Assembly: GCA_947085485.1 (NCBI GenBank)
Contig: CAMTWS010000005.1
Coordinates: forward strand, 5,967-69,966
Source: an uncultured Prolixibacteraceae bacterium
GTDB lineage: Bacteria; Bacteroidota; Bacteroidia; Bacteroidales; Prolixibacteraceae
Length of the DNA: 64,000 nt
Direction of reading: 5' to 3'
Below, piece by piece: positions 29,601 through 39,304 of this stretch. The position numbers and the translations under genes were made by a program. Under the pieces are notes generated by a model, which searched no databases, was not told where the DNA came from, and worked only from the letters and a program-made list of their open reading frames with translations. Within the stretch, counting starts at the first letter, position 1; every line of letters starts with the position of its first letter.

Positions 29601-30008
29601 TTATTTTTCAAAATCAATTTCAAGGAAATCAATTACTTCCTTCATCCATCGATTTTGCACGAATGCTACATGATCGGGATGGTTGTTATAGGTAGAATAA
29701 TCATTTTGGTTGGTAAAAACCATAGAAAAACCATACTGGTATTTATTCTTTTTACTGACCTGATTAAAGGCTTGAAAGTTCCTCACTACCGGAATTCCTG
29801 TTAATATTCTTGTTCCATCCTGAATAAATTGATGAGATTCTTCTGAATCTTTTTGATGCTTTAAATTGAAAATAACCATGTGCTGTATCTCTCCCTTTTT
29901 CAAGTCACAATTTTCTGATTTCTCTCCCATAGCAAATGAATTTTTGGTTAATAGTGTTCCCAGAAGTGTTGTAATTCCAAGTCTTTCAATAAAATTTCTT
30001 CGTTTCAT
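29601..30008 (-). CDS. Dabb (stress-responsive A/B barrel) protein with Tat signal
   Basis: Start MKRRNFIERLG; IQHMVIFNLK, YNNHPDHVAFV, DF C-terminus. Confidence 0.82.
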   Translation of the reverse strand: MKRRNFIERLGITTLLGTLLTKNSFAMGEKSENCDLKKGEIQHMVIFNLKHQKDSEESHQFIQDGTRILTGIPVVRNFQAFNQVSKKNKYQYGFSMVFTNQNDYSTYNNHPDHVAFVQNRWMKEVIDFLEIDFEK

Positions 30009-30262
30009 AATTGGGTGCTGTATAATTTTGTTCAAATCGTTAATTTTCAAAGATAGATACAGAAATTCATTTTTCACAGTGAATTTTCCAATATTGATTT
30101 TCATTTCCCCAATAGGGCATTTTTTTTATTGCTTTCCCCGCGATTTGGAAAACCTCAAAGTTGGCAACAACGTGATGGCGTATTCATAAGCGTTTAACCC
30201 GATAATTTGTAAGCTGCAATAATCAATTTTTTGTAAGTTTGGGAAATTGAAATTCCTTACCG

Positions 30263-32647
30263 ATGAAAACTCAAAACAACCTGACTATTCTGCTTTGTAC
30301 ATTTTTATTGATTTCGTGCACTCACACCACACCCGAAAAAGAATTAAATCCATCATTAACTTTATGGTACGACAAACCTGCTTCAAATTGGACAGAAGCG
30401 CTACCCATTGGAAACGGACGGCTCGGTGGTATGATTTATGGCGGCACTGAAAACGAAACCATTCAGTTTAACGAAGAAACCCTTTGGAGCGGACAACCAC
30501 ACGATTATGCGCATCCGGGAGCATATCAGTATCTCGATAAAATAAGAAATTTACTTTGGGCAGGAAAACAGGATGAAGCAACAAATTTGGCTAACGAACA
30601 ATTTATGTCGCAACCTTTTGGACAGCAGTGTTACGAACCGTTTGGGAATATTTTGTTGAATTTTCCCGGTCATGAACATGCTGCCAATTACCTGCGAAAA
30701 CTTGATTTGGAAGATGCCATTTCATCTGTTACTTACGAAGTTGACGGGGTGAAATTTAAACGCGAAGTATTTGCTTCGAATCCCGAACAATCGATTGTTT
30801 TGCACCTTGAATCATCAAAAGATGAGGCGTTGAATTTCTCAATAGACATGGATTCTCCGCATTCAAACTATACTGTTTCTGTTGATGGCAATGAAATTAT
30901 TCTGAAAGGAAAGGCAAACAATTATCCAAGGGAAAAGGGGATGGATAGATATCTTTATCCCGAAAGCAAACTCATTTTTGAAGCCCGGTTGAAAGTTATG
31001 AATGAAGGGGGTGAAATCGCTCAAACCGAAAATTCCATTAAAATTACAAATGCCAGTAAGGCTATTTTGTATCTGGTTGCGGCAACAAGCTTTGTGAGTT
31101 ATAACGATATCAGCGCCAATCCTGCTGAAAGTTGCAAAAAATTCCTTGCCGCCCTTGAAGGTAAATCCTTCGAAACGCTTAAAGCTGCTCACATTGCCGA
31201 TTATCAGAAATTATTCAAACGGGTTGAATTTGATTTGGGAATTTCAGAAATTTCAAATCGGCCAACCAACGAAAGGTTGATTTCTTTTAAAACTGACGAA
31301 GATCCATCACTTGTTGCACTATTGTATCAATACGGAAGATATTTGCTCATTTCTTCATCGCGGCCCGGAACACAGCCCGCCAATTTGCAGGGAATCTGGA
31401 ACGACCGTTTGGCGCCGCCGTGGGACAGCAAATACACCATCAACATCAACACCGAAATGAACTACTGGCCTTCGGAAATCACAAATCTGTCGGAATGTGC
31501 CGAACCACTCATTAAAATGGTTCAGGAACTGGCGGTTACCGGACAAAACGTGGCCAAAGAACATTACAACATGAATGGCTGGGTAGCGCACCACAACACC
31601 GATTTGTGGCGGGGCGCGGCACCAATCAACCATGCCAATCATGGTATATGGCCAACCGGCGGCGCCTGGCTGAGCCAGCATGTTTGGTGGCATTATCAGT
31701 TTTCGGGCAATACTGATTATCTTAAAAATACGGCTTATCCAATTTTAAAAGAGGCTTCCCGGTTTTTTGCTGAATACCTGGTTCCTGATCCAAAAAATCC
31801 GAAATGGCTGGTGAGCGGACCCAGCAACAGTCCCGAACTTGGTGGTTTGGTTATGGCGCCAACCATGGACCACCAGATTATTCGCGAGTTGATGGCAAAC
31901 ACAATTGAAGCAGCAGAAATTCTTGGTGTGGATACAGATTTTGCTTCAATTTTAAAGGAAAAACGGGCTAAAATTGCACCCAATCTAATCGGTCAGCACG
32001 GACAGTTGCAGGAGTGGCTTCTCGATAACGACGATCCAAAAGAACAACACCGACATGTCTCGCATTTGTGGGGATTGCACCCGGGAAGCGAAATTCACCC
32101 GCTTACAACACCAGAACTGGCCGAAGCCTGTAAAGTTACACTTTCGCATCGCGGCGATGGTGGAACCGGCTGGTCGCGGGCATGGAAAATCAACTTTTGG
32201 GCACGGCTGCTCGATGGCGACCATTCGTTTTTATTGCTGAAAAATCTGATGGTTCCTTCCATTTCCCAGGAAACGGATATGAAAGACAAAGGTGGCTTAT
32301 ACATGAATTTGTTCGATTCCCACCCTCCATTCCAAATCGACGGAAATTTCGGGGCAACATCGGGAATTACCGAAATGCTGCTGCAATCGCACCTCCGCGA
32401 CGAAAACGGCGATTTCTACCAGGACATTCTCCCGGCTCTTCCTTCGGCGCTTGCATCCGGAAAAATTTCAGGAATAAAAGGAAAGGGAGGTTTTGAATTT
32501 ATAATTGCCTGGGAAAACGGGAAATTGATTTCTGTTGATGTAAAATCAATTTTAGGGAATAAATTGAATTTAAGATATTCGGGGAAAATGATTTCAAAAG
32601 ACACAACCAAAGGAGAAATTTATTCATTTGCGATAAAAGATTTTTAA
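30263..32647 (+). CDS. GH95 alpha-L-fucosidase/alpha-L-galactosidase family lipoprotein
   Basis: WTEALPIGNGRLG, QFNEETLWSG, YQYGRYLLISSSRPG, ANLQGIWN, YTININTEMNYW, HRHVSHL, PPFQIDGNFG; lipobox LISC; TAAGTTTG promoter at 30234-30241. Confidence 0.93.
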   Translation: MKTQNNLTILLCTFLLISCTHTTPEKELNPSLTLWYDKPASNWTEALPIGNGRLGGMIYGGTENETIQFNEETLWSGQPHDYAHPGAYQYLDKIRNLLWAGKQDEATNLANEQFMSQPFGQQCYEPFGNILLNFPGHEHAANYLRKLDLEDAISSVTYEVDGVKFKREVFASNPEQSIVLHLESSKDEALNFSIDMDSPHSNYTVSVDGNEIILKGKANNYPREKGMDRYLYPESKLIFEARLKVMNEGGEIAQTENSIKITNASKAILYLVAATSFVSYNDISANPAESCKKFLAALEGKSFETLKAAHIADYQKLFKRVEFDLGISEISNRPTNERLISFKTDEDPSLVALLYQYGRYLLISSSRPGTQPANLQGIWNDRLAPPWDSKYTININTEMNYWPSEITNLSECAEPLIKMVQELAVTGQNVAKEHYNMNGWVAHHNTDLWRGAAPINHANHGIWPTGGAWLSQHVWWHYQFSGNTDYLKNTAYPILKEASRFFAEYLVPDPKNPKWLVSGPSNSPELGGLVMAPTMDHQIIRELMANTIEAAEILGVDTDFASILKEKRAKIAPNLIGQHGQLQEWLLDNDDPKEQHRHVSHLWGLHPGSEIHPLTTPELAEACKVTLSHRGDGGTGWSRAWKINFWARLLDGDHSFLLLKNLMVPSISQETDMKDKGGLYMNLFDSHPPFQIDGNFGATSGITEMLLQSHLRDENGDFYQDILPALPSALASGKISGIKGKGGFEFIIAWENGKLISVDVKSILGNKLNLRYSGKMISKDTTKGEIYSFAIKDF

Positions 32648-32654
32648 ATTCTTT

Positions 32655-32732
32655 TTTTTGTGATATTTTGTGACTTTGAGTTTTAGTGGCATTTTTCTCG
32701 CCACCAAATCACTAAAACACCAAAATTCACGA
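32655..32732. repeat. REP-like inverted repeat built from degenerate ~9-bp units
   Basis: ttttgtgatattttgtgactttgagttttagtggc-N9-gccaccaaatcactaaaacaccaaaattcacgaa. Confidence 0.6.
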
Positions 32733-32754
32733 ATGAAACAGTAGTAAATTTTAA

Positions 32755-32784
32755 ACTTCGGGCTTCCAACTTCGGACTTCCGAC
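32755..32784. repeat. 7-bp tandem repeat (acttcgg/acttccg family)
   Basis: acttcgg gcttcca acttcgg acttccg ac; same family as 11155. Confidence 0.8.
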
Positions 32785-32796
32785 AATTCTTTAACC

Positions 32797-33858
32797 ATGA
32801 AAGCATTAGTTTTAGACGATTACAAACAACTGAATTACCGCGATTTTCCGGAACCGGATATTGAACCAAACGAAGTTCTGATTCAGGTAAAAGCCTGTGG
32901 AATCTGCGGCAGCGATGTACACGGCAAGGACGGCAGCACAGGACGCAGAAAACCGCCGATTGTGATGGGGCACGAAGCTTCGGGCATAATTGCAGCCGTT
33001 GGCGCAAATGTTACAGGTTGGCAAATTGGCGACCGTGTAACTTTCGATTCAACCATTTACCCACTCGACGACTGGTTTACAAGAAAAGGCCACTACAACC
33101 TGAGCGACAACCGAAAAGTGTTGGGCGTTTCCCCGGGCGAGTACCGCAAACACGGCGCTTTTGCCGAATTGGTAACAGTTCCCAGCCATATTTTATACAA
33201 ACTCCCCGATAATGTAACTTTTGAGCAAGCTGCCATGGTCGAGCCGGTTGCAGTAGCCGCTCATGCGGTAAACATTTCCAAAATTCAACAGGGTGCAAGC
33301 GCCGTGGTTGTTGGTGCCGGAATGGTTGGAATGTTTGTGGTAAAAATGCTTCAAATTGCCGGCGCCAATCCAATAATCGCCCTTGATTTGGACGAACAAA
33401 AACTGGAACTGGCCAAGGAATTCGGGGCAACACACACCTTTAAAAGCAGTGATTCAGATCTTTCAGACAAAATTAAAGAGTTGACCAAAAACCGTGGCGC
33501 CGATTTTGGTTTTGAGGTGGTTGGCATTTCCGAAACGGTAAATATTTGCATTAATAGTTTGCGAAAAGGTGGAACCGCAGTTTTGGTTGGCAATCTGAAA
33601 CCCGAAGTCACCATTCCGCTGCAAAAAGTGGTTACCACCGAATTGTCGCTGCTCGGGAGTTGCGCCATTAACGGCGAATACGAAATGGTGCTCGACCTGC
33701 TGGCTTCCGGCAAAATCAGTGTCGATAAAATGATTTCGGCAGTTGCACCGCTTTCAGAAGGCGCCGACTGGTTTAACAGGCTCTACAACAAAGAACCCGG
33801 ATTAAACAAAGTTATTTTAGTACCAGCCTCCCCCAGCCCCTCCAAAGGAGGGGAGTAA
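32797..33858 (+). CDS. Zn-dependent sugar/polyol dehydrogenase (MDR; galactitol-1-P/L-iditol dehydrogenase-like)
   Basis: CGICGSDVH, GHEASG, GAFAE, VEPVAVA, VVGAGMVG; lacks the structural-Zn Cys cluster. Confidence 0.88.
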   Translation: MKALVLDDYKQLNYRDFPEPDIEPNEVLIQVKACGICGSDVHGKDGSTGRRKPPIVMGHEASGIIAAVGANVTGWQIGDRVTFDSTIYPLDDWFTRKGHYNLSDNRKVLGVSPGEYRKHGAFAELVTVPSHILYKLPDNVTFEQAAMVEPVAVAAHAVNISKIQQGASAVVVGAGMVGMFVVKMLQIAGANPIIALDLDEQKLELAKEFGATHTFKSSDSDLSDKIKELTKNRGADFGFEVVGISETVNICINSLRKGGTAVLVGNLKPEVTIPLQKVVTTELSLLGSCAINGEYEMVLDLLASGKISVDKMISAVAPLSEGADWFNRLYNKEPGLNKVILVPASPSPSKGGE

Positions 33859-33860
33859 GA
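33824..33860. repeat. REP-like GC-rich hairpin overlapping the dehydrogenase 3' end
   Basis: cctcccccag-cccctcc-aaa-ggagggg-ag; related motifs at ~41742 and ~50041. Confidence 0.7.
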
Positions 33861-33977
33861 AAGAGAATCATGCTTAAATATTGATTTCTTTAAAATGAAA
33901 CGAGAAAAACTGAAAGGTGCATCCAGGCCCGCAATTTGAAAAAAAGACAAACTATGCACCGCAATTGCAATGCACAA

Positions 33978-35147
33978 ATGAAAATATCAGCAAAATCACA
34001 AACCCGGAACCCGGAACCCGAAACCAGGAACTCGCCCTTCAACATCGCCATCCTCGGCTGCGGAAAAGTAGCCCACCTCCACGCCAAAGCCATTCAGAAT
34101 TTGAGAAACGCACGACTGGCAGGTGTTTGGAGCCGAACTCCAAAATCAGCTATACTGTTTGCTGCTCAGTACGGAACAACATTTTATGCTGAAATTAAGG
34201 ACATGGTAAAGCGGGAAAAAATTGATCTCGTAATTGTTTGCACCCCGCATCCATTTCATTTACAGCCTGTTTTAGAAGCTGCACAAGCCGGGGCAAATAT
34301 TTTGGTTGAAAAACCACTGGCATCAACTCTTGAAGATGCCGATAAAATTATTGAAGCCTGCAAAAAAGCCGGGGTTAAACTGGGCGTAATCAGTCAGCGG
34401 CGCTGGTATGAACCTGTAAAACGGGTGAAAGCCGCCATAGAAGCTGGGAAAATCGGAAAACCGGTTTTTGGTACAATCAATATGCTTGGCTGGCGCGACA
34501 AAAATTACTACGACGCCGACGAATGGCGCGGCACGTGGAAGATGGAAGGCGGTGGTGTTTTGGTCAACCAGGCTCCACACCAACTCGATTTATTGCTTTG
34601 GTTCATGGGCGAAATCGACGAGGTTTTCGGGTTGTGGAAAAACCTGAATCACCCGTACATTGAAGTGGAAGATACAGCGGTTGCCATTGTAAAATTCAAA
34701 AATGGGGGAATCGGGAATATCATTGTCAGCAATTCGGAAAAACCCGGAATTTACGGAAAGGTGCATGTGCATGGAGAAAATGGCGCTTCGGTAGGCGTAC
34801 AAACCGACGGCGGCGCCATGTTTATTGCCGGAATGCAGGGAATTCTGGAACCACCCATAAATGATATCTGGACAGTTCCGGGAGAAGAAGAAATGCTGGC
34901 TAAATGGAAGTCAGAAGATACAACCCATTTCAATAAAATCGACCCGATGGTTTATTATATGGAAAAACAGATTGAAGATTTTCTGCAGGCAATTGAAAAC
35001 AACTCCGAACCATTGGTAACCGGCGAAGATGGCCGCCGGACAGTGGAATTGTTTACTGCCATTTACCGATCAACAAGAGACAATAAACCTGTAAAGTTCC
35101 CGCTTCAACCCGAAAACAGTGGATATATGGACGGCAGGTTGAAATAA
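33978..35147 (+). CDS. Gfo/Idh/MocA family oxidoreductase
   Basis: IAILGCGKVA, VCTPHPFH, VEKP, GGGVLVNQAPHQLD, EVED; start codon uncertain. Confidence 0.9.
   Translation: MKISAKSQTRNPEPETRNSPFNIAILGCGKVAHLHAKAIQNLRNARLAGVWSRTPKSAILFAAQYGTTFYAEIKDMVKREKIDLVIVCTPHPFHLQPVLEAAQAGANILVEKPLASTLEDADKIIEACKKAGVKLGVISQRRWYEPVKRVKAAIEAGKIGKPVFGTINMLGWRDKNYYDADEWRGTWKMEGGGVLVNQAPHQLDLLLWFMGEIDEVFGLWKNLNHPYIEVEDTAVAIVKFKNGGIGNIIVSNSEKPGIYGKVHVHGENGASVGVQTDGGAMFIAGMQGILEPPINDIWTVPGEEEMLAKWKSEDTTHFNKIDPMVYYMEKQIEDFLQAIENNSEPLVTGEDGRRTVELFTAIYRSTRDNKPVKFPLQPENSGYMDGRLK
34001..34034. repeat. 7-bp tandem repeat (aacccgg) x~5 in the 5' end of the Gfo/Idh/MocA gene
   Basis: aacccgg aacccgg aacccga aaccagg aactcg. 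Confidence 0.85.
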
Positions 35148-35166
35148 AATACTTTAACTTTGGGCC

Positions 35167-37101
35167 ATGCTCAAAATCATTAAATCCATAGTATTTTTTC
35201 TACTTGTGCCAATTTTTGCGTTTGCCCAGGGACCCGACCCTGATTTTACAGATAAAATGGCCTTGCAGGAACGGCAAAAATTTCTCCTGAAATCGACATT
35301 TAAGGAAAGCCGGAATTATGCCCGTTACGATTTGGTTTATCAGAGGATGGAATGGGAAATCAATCCAAATGTCAAGTATATCAAGGGAGTTGTTACTTCA
35401 TACTTTATCAGTCAGATAGATAATTTAGCCGAAATTGAGTTTGATTTGAATGACACAATAACTGTTGATTCAGTGGTTAAAAACAAACAGAAAATTCATT
35501 TCATACAAAACGAAAACAAACTTCTTATTCAGTTAAAACAACCGTTACAAAACCTGCAACCCGATTCGGTCCATGTTTTTTACCAGGGCGAACCTGAACC
35601 TGAAATCAACGGATTTGGTTCATTTACAAAAGGGGCACATGCCGGAATCCCAATCATCTGGACACTTTCAGAACCCTATGGGGCGATGGAATGGTGGCCC
35701 TGCAAACAATCGCTGGTTGATAAAATCGATTCCATCGATGTAATTGTTACTTCGCCCGAAATGTACCGGACTGCAAGCAATGGAATCCTGGTTTCTGAAA
35801 CTGTTGAAAACGGATTTCGAAAAATGCACTGGAAACACCGTCACCCAATTACCACTTATTTGGTAGCCATTGCAGTTACCAACTACGCCAATTATTCCGA
35901 TTGGCTGGAGTTGAAAGATGGGCGGAAAATTGAAATTTTAAATTACGTTTATCCTGAAAACCTGGAAAAAGCAAAAGGCGAAACCCCTGTAACAGCCGAA
36001 TTTATTCAACTTTACAATCAATTAATTGGCGAATACCCCTTTGCAAACGAAAAATACGGACATGCACAATTTGGCTGGCGTGGCGGCATGGAGCACCAAA
36101 CCATGAGTTTTATGTACGACTTTAATTACGAACTGATATCACACGAACTGGCGCACCAGTGGTTTGGCAATTATATTACCTGTGGCTCGTGGCACGATAT
36201 CTGGCTAAATGAAGGTTTTGCCACTTACATGACAGGGCTTGTTTACGAAAACCTGCAGAATGGCTACTGGTGGCCCCGCTATAAAAAAGTAAATGTCGAA
36301 CGCATTGTAAGCAGGCCTGGCGGTTCGGTTTATGTACAAGATACAACCAATATTGGGTCAATTTTCAACGGGAGGTTGTCTTATTCGAAAGGCGCCTATT
36401 TACTGCACATGTTGCGCTGGATTTTAGGTGATGATGATTTTTTTACCGGGATTAGAAACTACTTTAATGATCCTGAAATTGCCAATGGTTTTGCCCGCAC
36501 TTCCCAATTTGTTAAGCACATGGAAATCGCCGGTGATACAACGTTCACAGAGTTTTTCAACGACTGGTTTTACGGCGAGGGATTTCCGGTATATTCGGCT
36601 GAGTTTGCTCCAATTGAAGATGGAAGTTTAAAAATTACGCTCTCGCAAACATCGTCGCACCCATCGGTTGGTTTTTTCGAAATGCCGGTTCCGGTGCGGG
36701 TTTACAATGCCGGCAGAACCGATTCTACCGATTTCCGATTAGTGAACACAACAATTAATCAGGAATTTATTGTAAATGTTGATTTCAAAGTGGCAGAACT
36801 AAAAATTGACCCCGATTACTGGCTGGTTTCAAAAACTTCGCAAATTGTAAATGCCAAAGTTGATCCTGATTTGAATAAAGTTTCAGTTTTTCCAAATCCT
36901 TTTACCGGAAGTTTCTCGGTTGTTCTGCCAGCCGGACAGGAAATGGTTTATGCTCAACTATATTCGCCCGTTGGTAAACTGGTAAAACAATATTCGGGCA
37001 AGGAAATAAATTTTAAATGGCCTGGCATTCCTGCGGGTTTTTATATTCTGCGCGTTGCAACAAATACCGGCGTCACCGATGTAAAAATTGTGAAACAGTA
37101 A
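35167..37101 (+). CDS. M1 family aminopeptidase with T9SS C-terminal sorting domain
   Basis: Signal peptide, GGMEHQT, HELAHQWFGN...WLNEGFATY, YSKGA; CTD VFPNP...GFYILRV...KIVKQ. Confidence 0.92.
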   Translation: MLKIIKSIVFFLLVPIFAFAQGPDPDFTDKMALQERQKFLLKSTFKESRNYARYDLVYQRMEWEINPNVKYIKGVVTSYFISQIDNLAEIEFDLNDTITVDSVVKNKQKIHFIQNENKLLIQLKQPLQNLQPDSVHVFYQGEPEPEINGFGSFTKGAHAGIPIIWTLSEPYGAMEWWPCKQSLVDKIDSIDVIVTSPEMYRTASNGILVSETVENGFRKMHWKHRHPITTYLVAIAVTNYANYSDWLELKDGRKIEILNYVYPENLEKAKGETPVTAEFIQLYNQLIGEYPFANEKYGHAQFGWRGGMEHQTMSFMYDFNYELISHELAHQWFGNYITCGSWHDIWLNEGFATYMTGLVYENLQNGYWWPRYKKVNVERIVSRPGGSVYVQDTTNIGSIFNGRLSYSKGAYLLHMLRWILGDDDFFTGIRNYFNDPEIANGFARTSQFVKHMEIAGDTTFTEFFNDWFYGEGFPVYSAEFAPIEDGSLKITLSQTSSHPSVGFFEMPVPVRVYNAGRTDSTDFRLVNTTINQEFIVNVDFKVAELKIDPDYWLVSKTSQIVNAKVDPDLNKVSVFPNPFTGSFSVVLPAGQEMVYAQLYSPVGKLVKQYSGKEINFKWPGIPAGFYILRVATNTGVTDVKIVKQ

Positions 37102-37254
37102 AAGCAGGTTTTTGTACTCTATTTGAAAAATAAGCTAACTAAGGTTTTTACGTGGGTTAATCGCTTTGCTACTAAGGTTTTTAAGAAAATGAATAAGGTT
37201 TTTTAAAATCATAAATAAAGAAATAATCCCTGCATCACGTCAAACTCCGGAAAC

Positions 37255-37292
37255 AACTTTGAACTCTGAACTCTGAACTCGAAACTCTAAAC
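37255..37292. repeat. 7-bp tandem repeat (aactctg) x5
   Basis: aactttg aactctg aactctg aactcga aactcta aac. Confidence 0.85.
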
Positions 37293-37298
37293 AAACGT

Positions 37299-37703
37299 TT
37301 ACCAATTAAACTTAATCGTCTGTTTCAGCTCAGGGTGCAAACTCAGCGGCACAGGGCTGGTTCCCGCAACACTTTCAATCAGCTTTTTTTCTTCTTCGGA
37401 ATAATTATTTTTCGGAAAAGTGAATTCAACCACAACTTCAGCAACCCGCCTCGGGTCGGATGCCATGATTTTTGTGACCTCGATTTCAGTTCCTTTGATA
37501 TCAATACCATTGTCGCGGGCTTTAATTCCCATGATGGTCATGATACAACTGCCAAGTGCGGTCGCCAGCATATCGGTTGGTGAAAACGATTCGCCTTTTC
37601 CCTGGTTGTCGGTGGGTGCATCGGTCAATATTTTGTTCCCCGATTGTAAATGTTCGTTTTCGGTGCGCAAGTCGCCCAGATAAATTGTTTTTACTGTTGC
37701 CAT
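37299..37703 (-). CDS. OsmC family protein
   Basis: Start MATVKTIYLGDLRT; TDAPTDNQGKGESFSPTD, ALGSC; second Cys position reads TSPV. Confidence 0.88.
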   Translation of the reverse strand: MATVKTIYLGDLRTENEHLQSGNKILTDAPTDNQGKGESFSPTDMLATALGSCIMTIMGIKARDNGIDIKGTEIEVTKIMASDPRRVAEVVVEFTFPKNNYSEEEKKLIESVAGTSPVPLSLHPELKQTIKFNW

Positions 37704-37803
37704 ATTTTCGTTGTTTAAAATTTTTCTCAATACCCGAGGTTCAAATCTAATTACAATTTGTCTTATAAAAAAGATACACCTATTTTTAGCCAAATTTAAA
37801 ACA

Positions 37804-38229
37804 ATGAATCATCCCGAAAAACGAATTGTTGATTTTATCCGAAAACACCATGTTTTAACACTGGCAACCTGTGTCGGAAATAATCCGTGGTGCGCCAACT
37901 GTTTTTATGTTTATCTCGAAGATGAAGACTGTTTTGTTTTTACTTCGGATGATGCTACCAAACACGTCCAGGATGTTTTAGTCAATACAAAAGTTGCCGG
38001 GAGCATTGTTTTGGAAACCAGTGTTGTAGGCAAAATTCAGGGAATTCAATTCAGGGGTATCATGGAAATTCCAGCCGGAGAACTGGCTGAAAAGGCAAAA
38101 TATGCTTATCTGAAAAGGTTCCCGTTTGCTATTTTAATGAAAACTTCGCTGTGGGTTGTTCAACTTAACTACATAAAAATGACAGATAACCGGCTTGGGT
38201 TTGGGAAAAAACTTATTTGGGAAATTTGA
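37804..38229 (+). CDS. Pyridoxamine 5'-phosphate oxidase-like protein (YhbP/UPF0306)
   Basis: HHVLTLAT, PWCANCFY, TKH, VGKIQGIQF, KMTDNRLGFGKK. Confidence 0.85.
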   Translation: MNHPEKRIVDFIRKHHVLTLATCVGNNPWCANCFYVYLEDEDCFVFTSDDATKHVQDVLVNTKVAGSIVLETSVVGKIQGIQFRGIMEIPAGELAEKAKYAYLKRFPFAILMKTSLWVVQLNYIKMTDNRLGFGKKLIWEI

Positions 38230-38318
38230 TAATCTCAAACTAGGATTCATAAAAATACTGCACCGTTTATCACCAAAATTTTACTAATTTAATCGCCCGA
38301 ATCCAAAAATTTAAACCA

Positions 38319-39293
38319 ATGAAAACCAATACCCGTCGTGAGTTTATTACAAAAGGAACAACAGCTATTGTCGGCGTTTCGGCAGGATTAAACGCGTTTG
38401 GATTGACGAATGACATTCAACCGGTGCCGGAAGCGGCTGACTCAATCCGCCCAATCCATATTTTTACCAAGTGCCTTCAGTTTTTGAGTTATGATGAAAT
38501 GGCCGTTCTGGTGGCCAAACAAGGTTTTGATGGAGCCGATTTAACAGTTCGGAGCGGTGGCCAGGTTTTGCCCGAAAATGTGGAAACCGATTTGCCAAAA
38601 GCAGTCAAGGCTCTTCGGAAAGAGGGCGTCAATTCGAATATGATTGTTACCAATATTAATAATTCGGAGGATCGGTTTACCCGCCCGATTTTAAAAACAA
38701 TGGTTAATTTGGGCATAAAATATTACCGGATGGGTTATTTCGATTACGATGCAGGCAAACCGATGCCCCAAAATCTCGACGAAATAAAACGCTCATTCGA
38801 AAAACTGGAAAAGCTGAACCGCGAATACGGGGTTTCGGGCAACTACCAGAACCACTCGGGAATTAGAGTTGGCGGCCCGGTTTGGGATTTGTACCATCTT
38901 ATAAAAGATTGCGACCCCGAGTTTATCGGGGTTCAGTACGATATAAGGCATGCCACGGTTGAAGGCGGCGTATCGTGGCCGCTTGGAATGAAACTGCTTG
39001 CACCCTGGATTCAAACTACCGATATCAAGGATTTTATCTGGCAGAAAAGTGAAAATGGCAAATGGCAAATTGTGAATGTTCCGCTGGGAGAAGGAATGGT
39101 TGATTTTAAGAAGTATTTTGAGTTGTACAAACCGATGAATATTGAAGCTCCAATTTCCATTCATTACGAGTATGATTTGGGCGGCGCAGAACATGGCAAC
39201 AAAGAAACGTCAATGGGCATGGAGAAAATTGGAGCATTTTTAACCGCAGATCTCCGTTTTCTGAAAAATCAATTGATGCAATTTGGTTTGTAA
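38319..39293 (+). CDS. Sugar phosphate isomerase/epimerase (xylose-isomerase-like TIM barrel) with Tat signal
   Basis: TRREFI; GFDGADLTVR, YQNHSG, YDIRH, IKDF, PLGEGMVDF, HYEY. Confidence 0.85.
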   Translation: MKTNTRREFITKGTTAIVGVSAGLNAFGLTNDIQPVPEAADSIRPIHIFTKCLQFLSYDEMAVLVAKQGFDGADLTVRSGGQVLPENVETDLPKAVKALRKEGVNSNMIVTNINNSEDRFTRPILKTMVNLGIKYYRMGYFDYDAGKPMPQNLDEIKRSFEKLEKLNREYGVSGNYQNHSGIRVGGPVWDLYHLIKDCDPEFIGVQYDIRHATVEGGVSWPLGMKLLAPWIQTTDIKDFIWQKSENGKWQIVNVPLGEGMVDFKKYFELYKPMNIEAPISIHYEYDLGGAEHGNKETSMGMEKIGAFLTADLRFLKNQLMQFGL

Positions 39294-39304
39294 ATCAAAC
39301 CATT

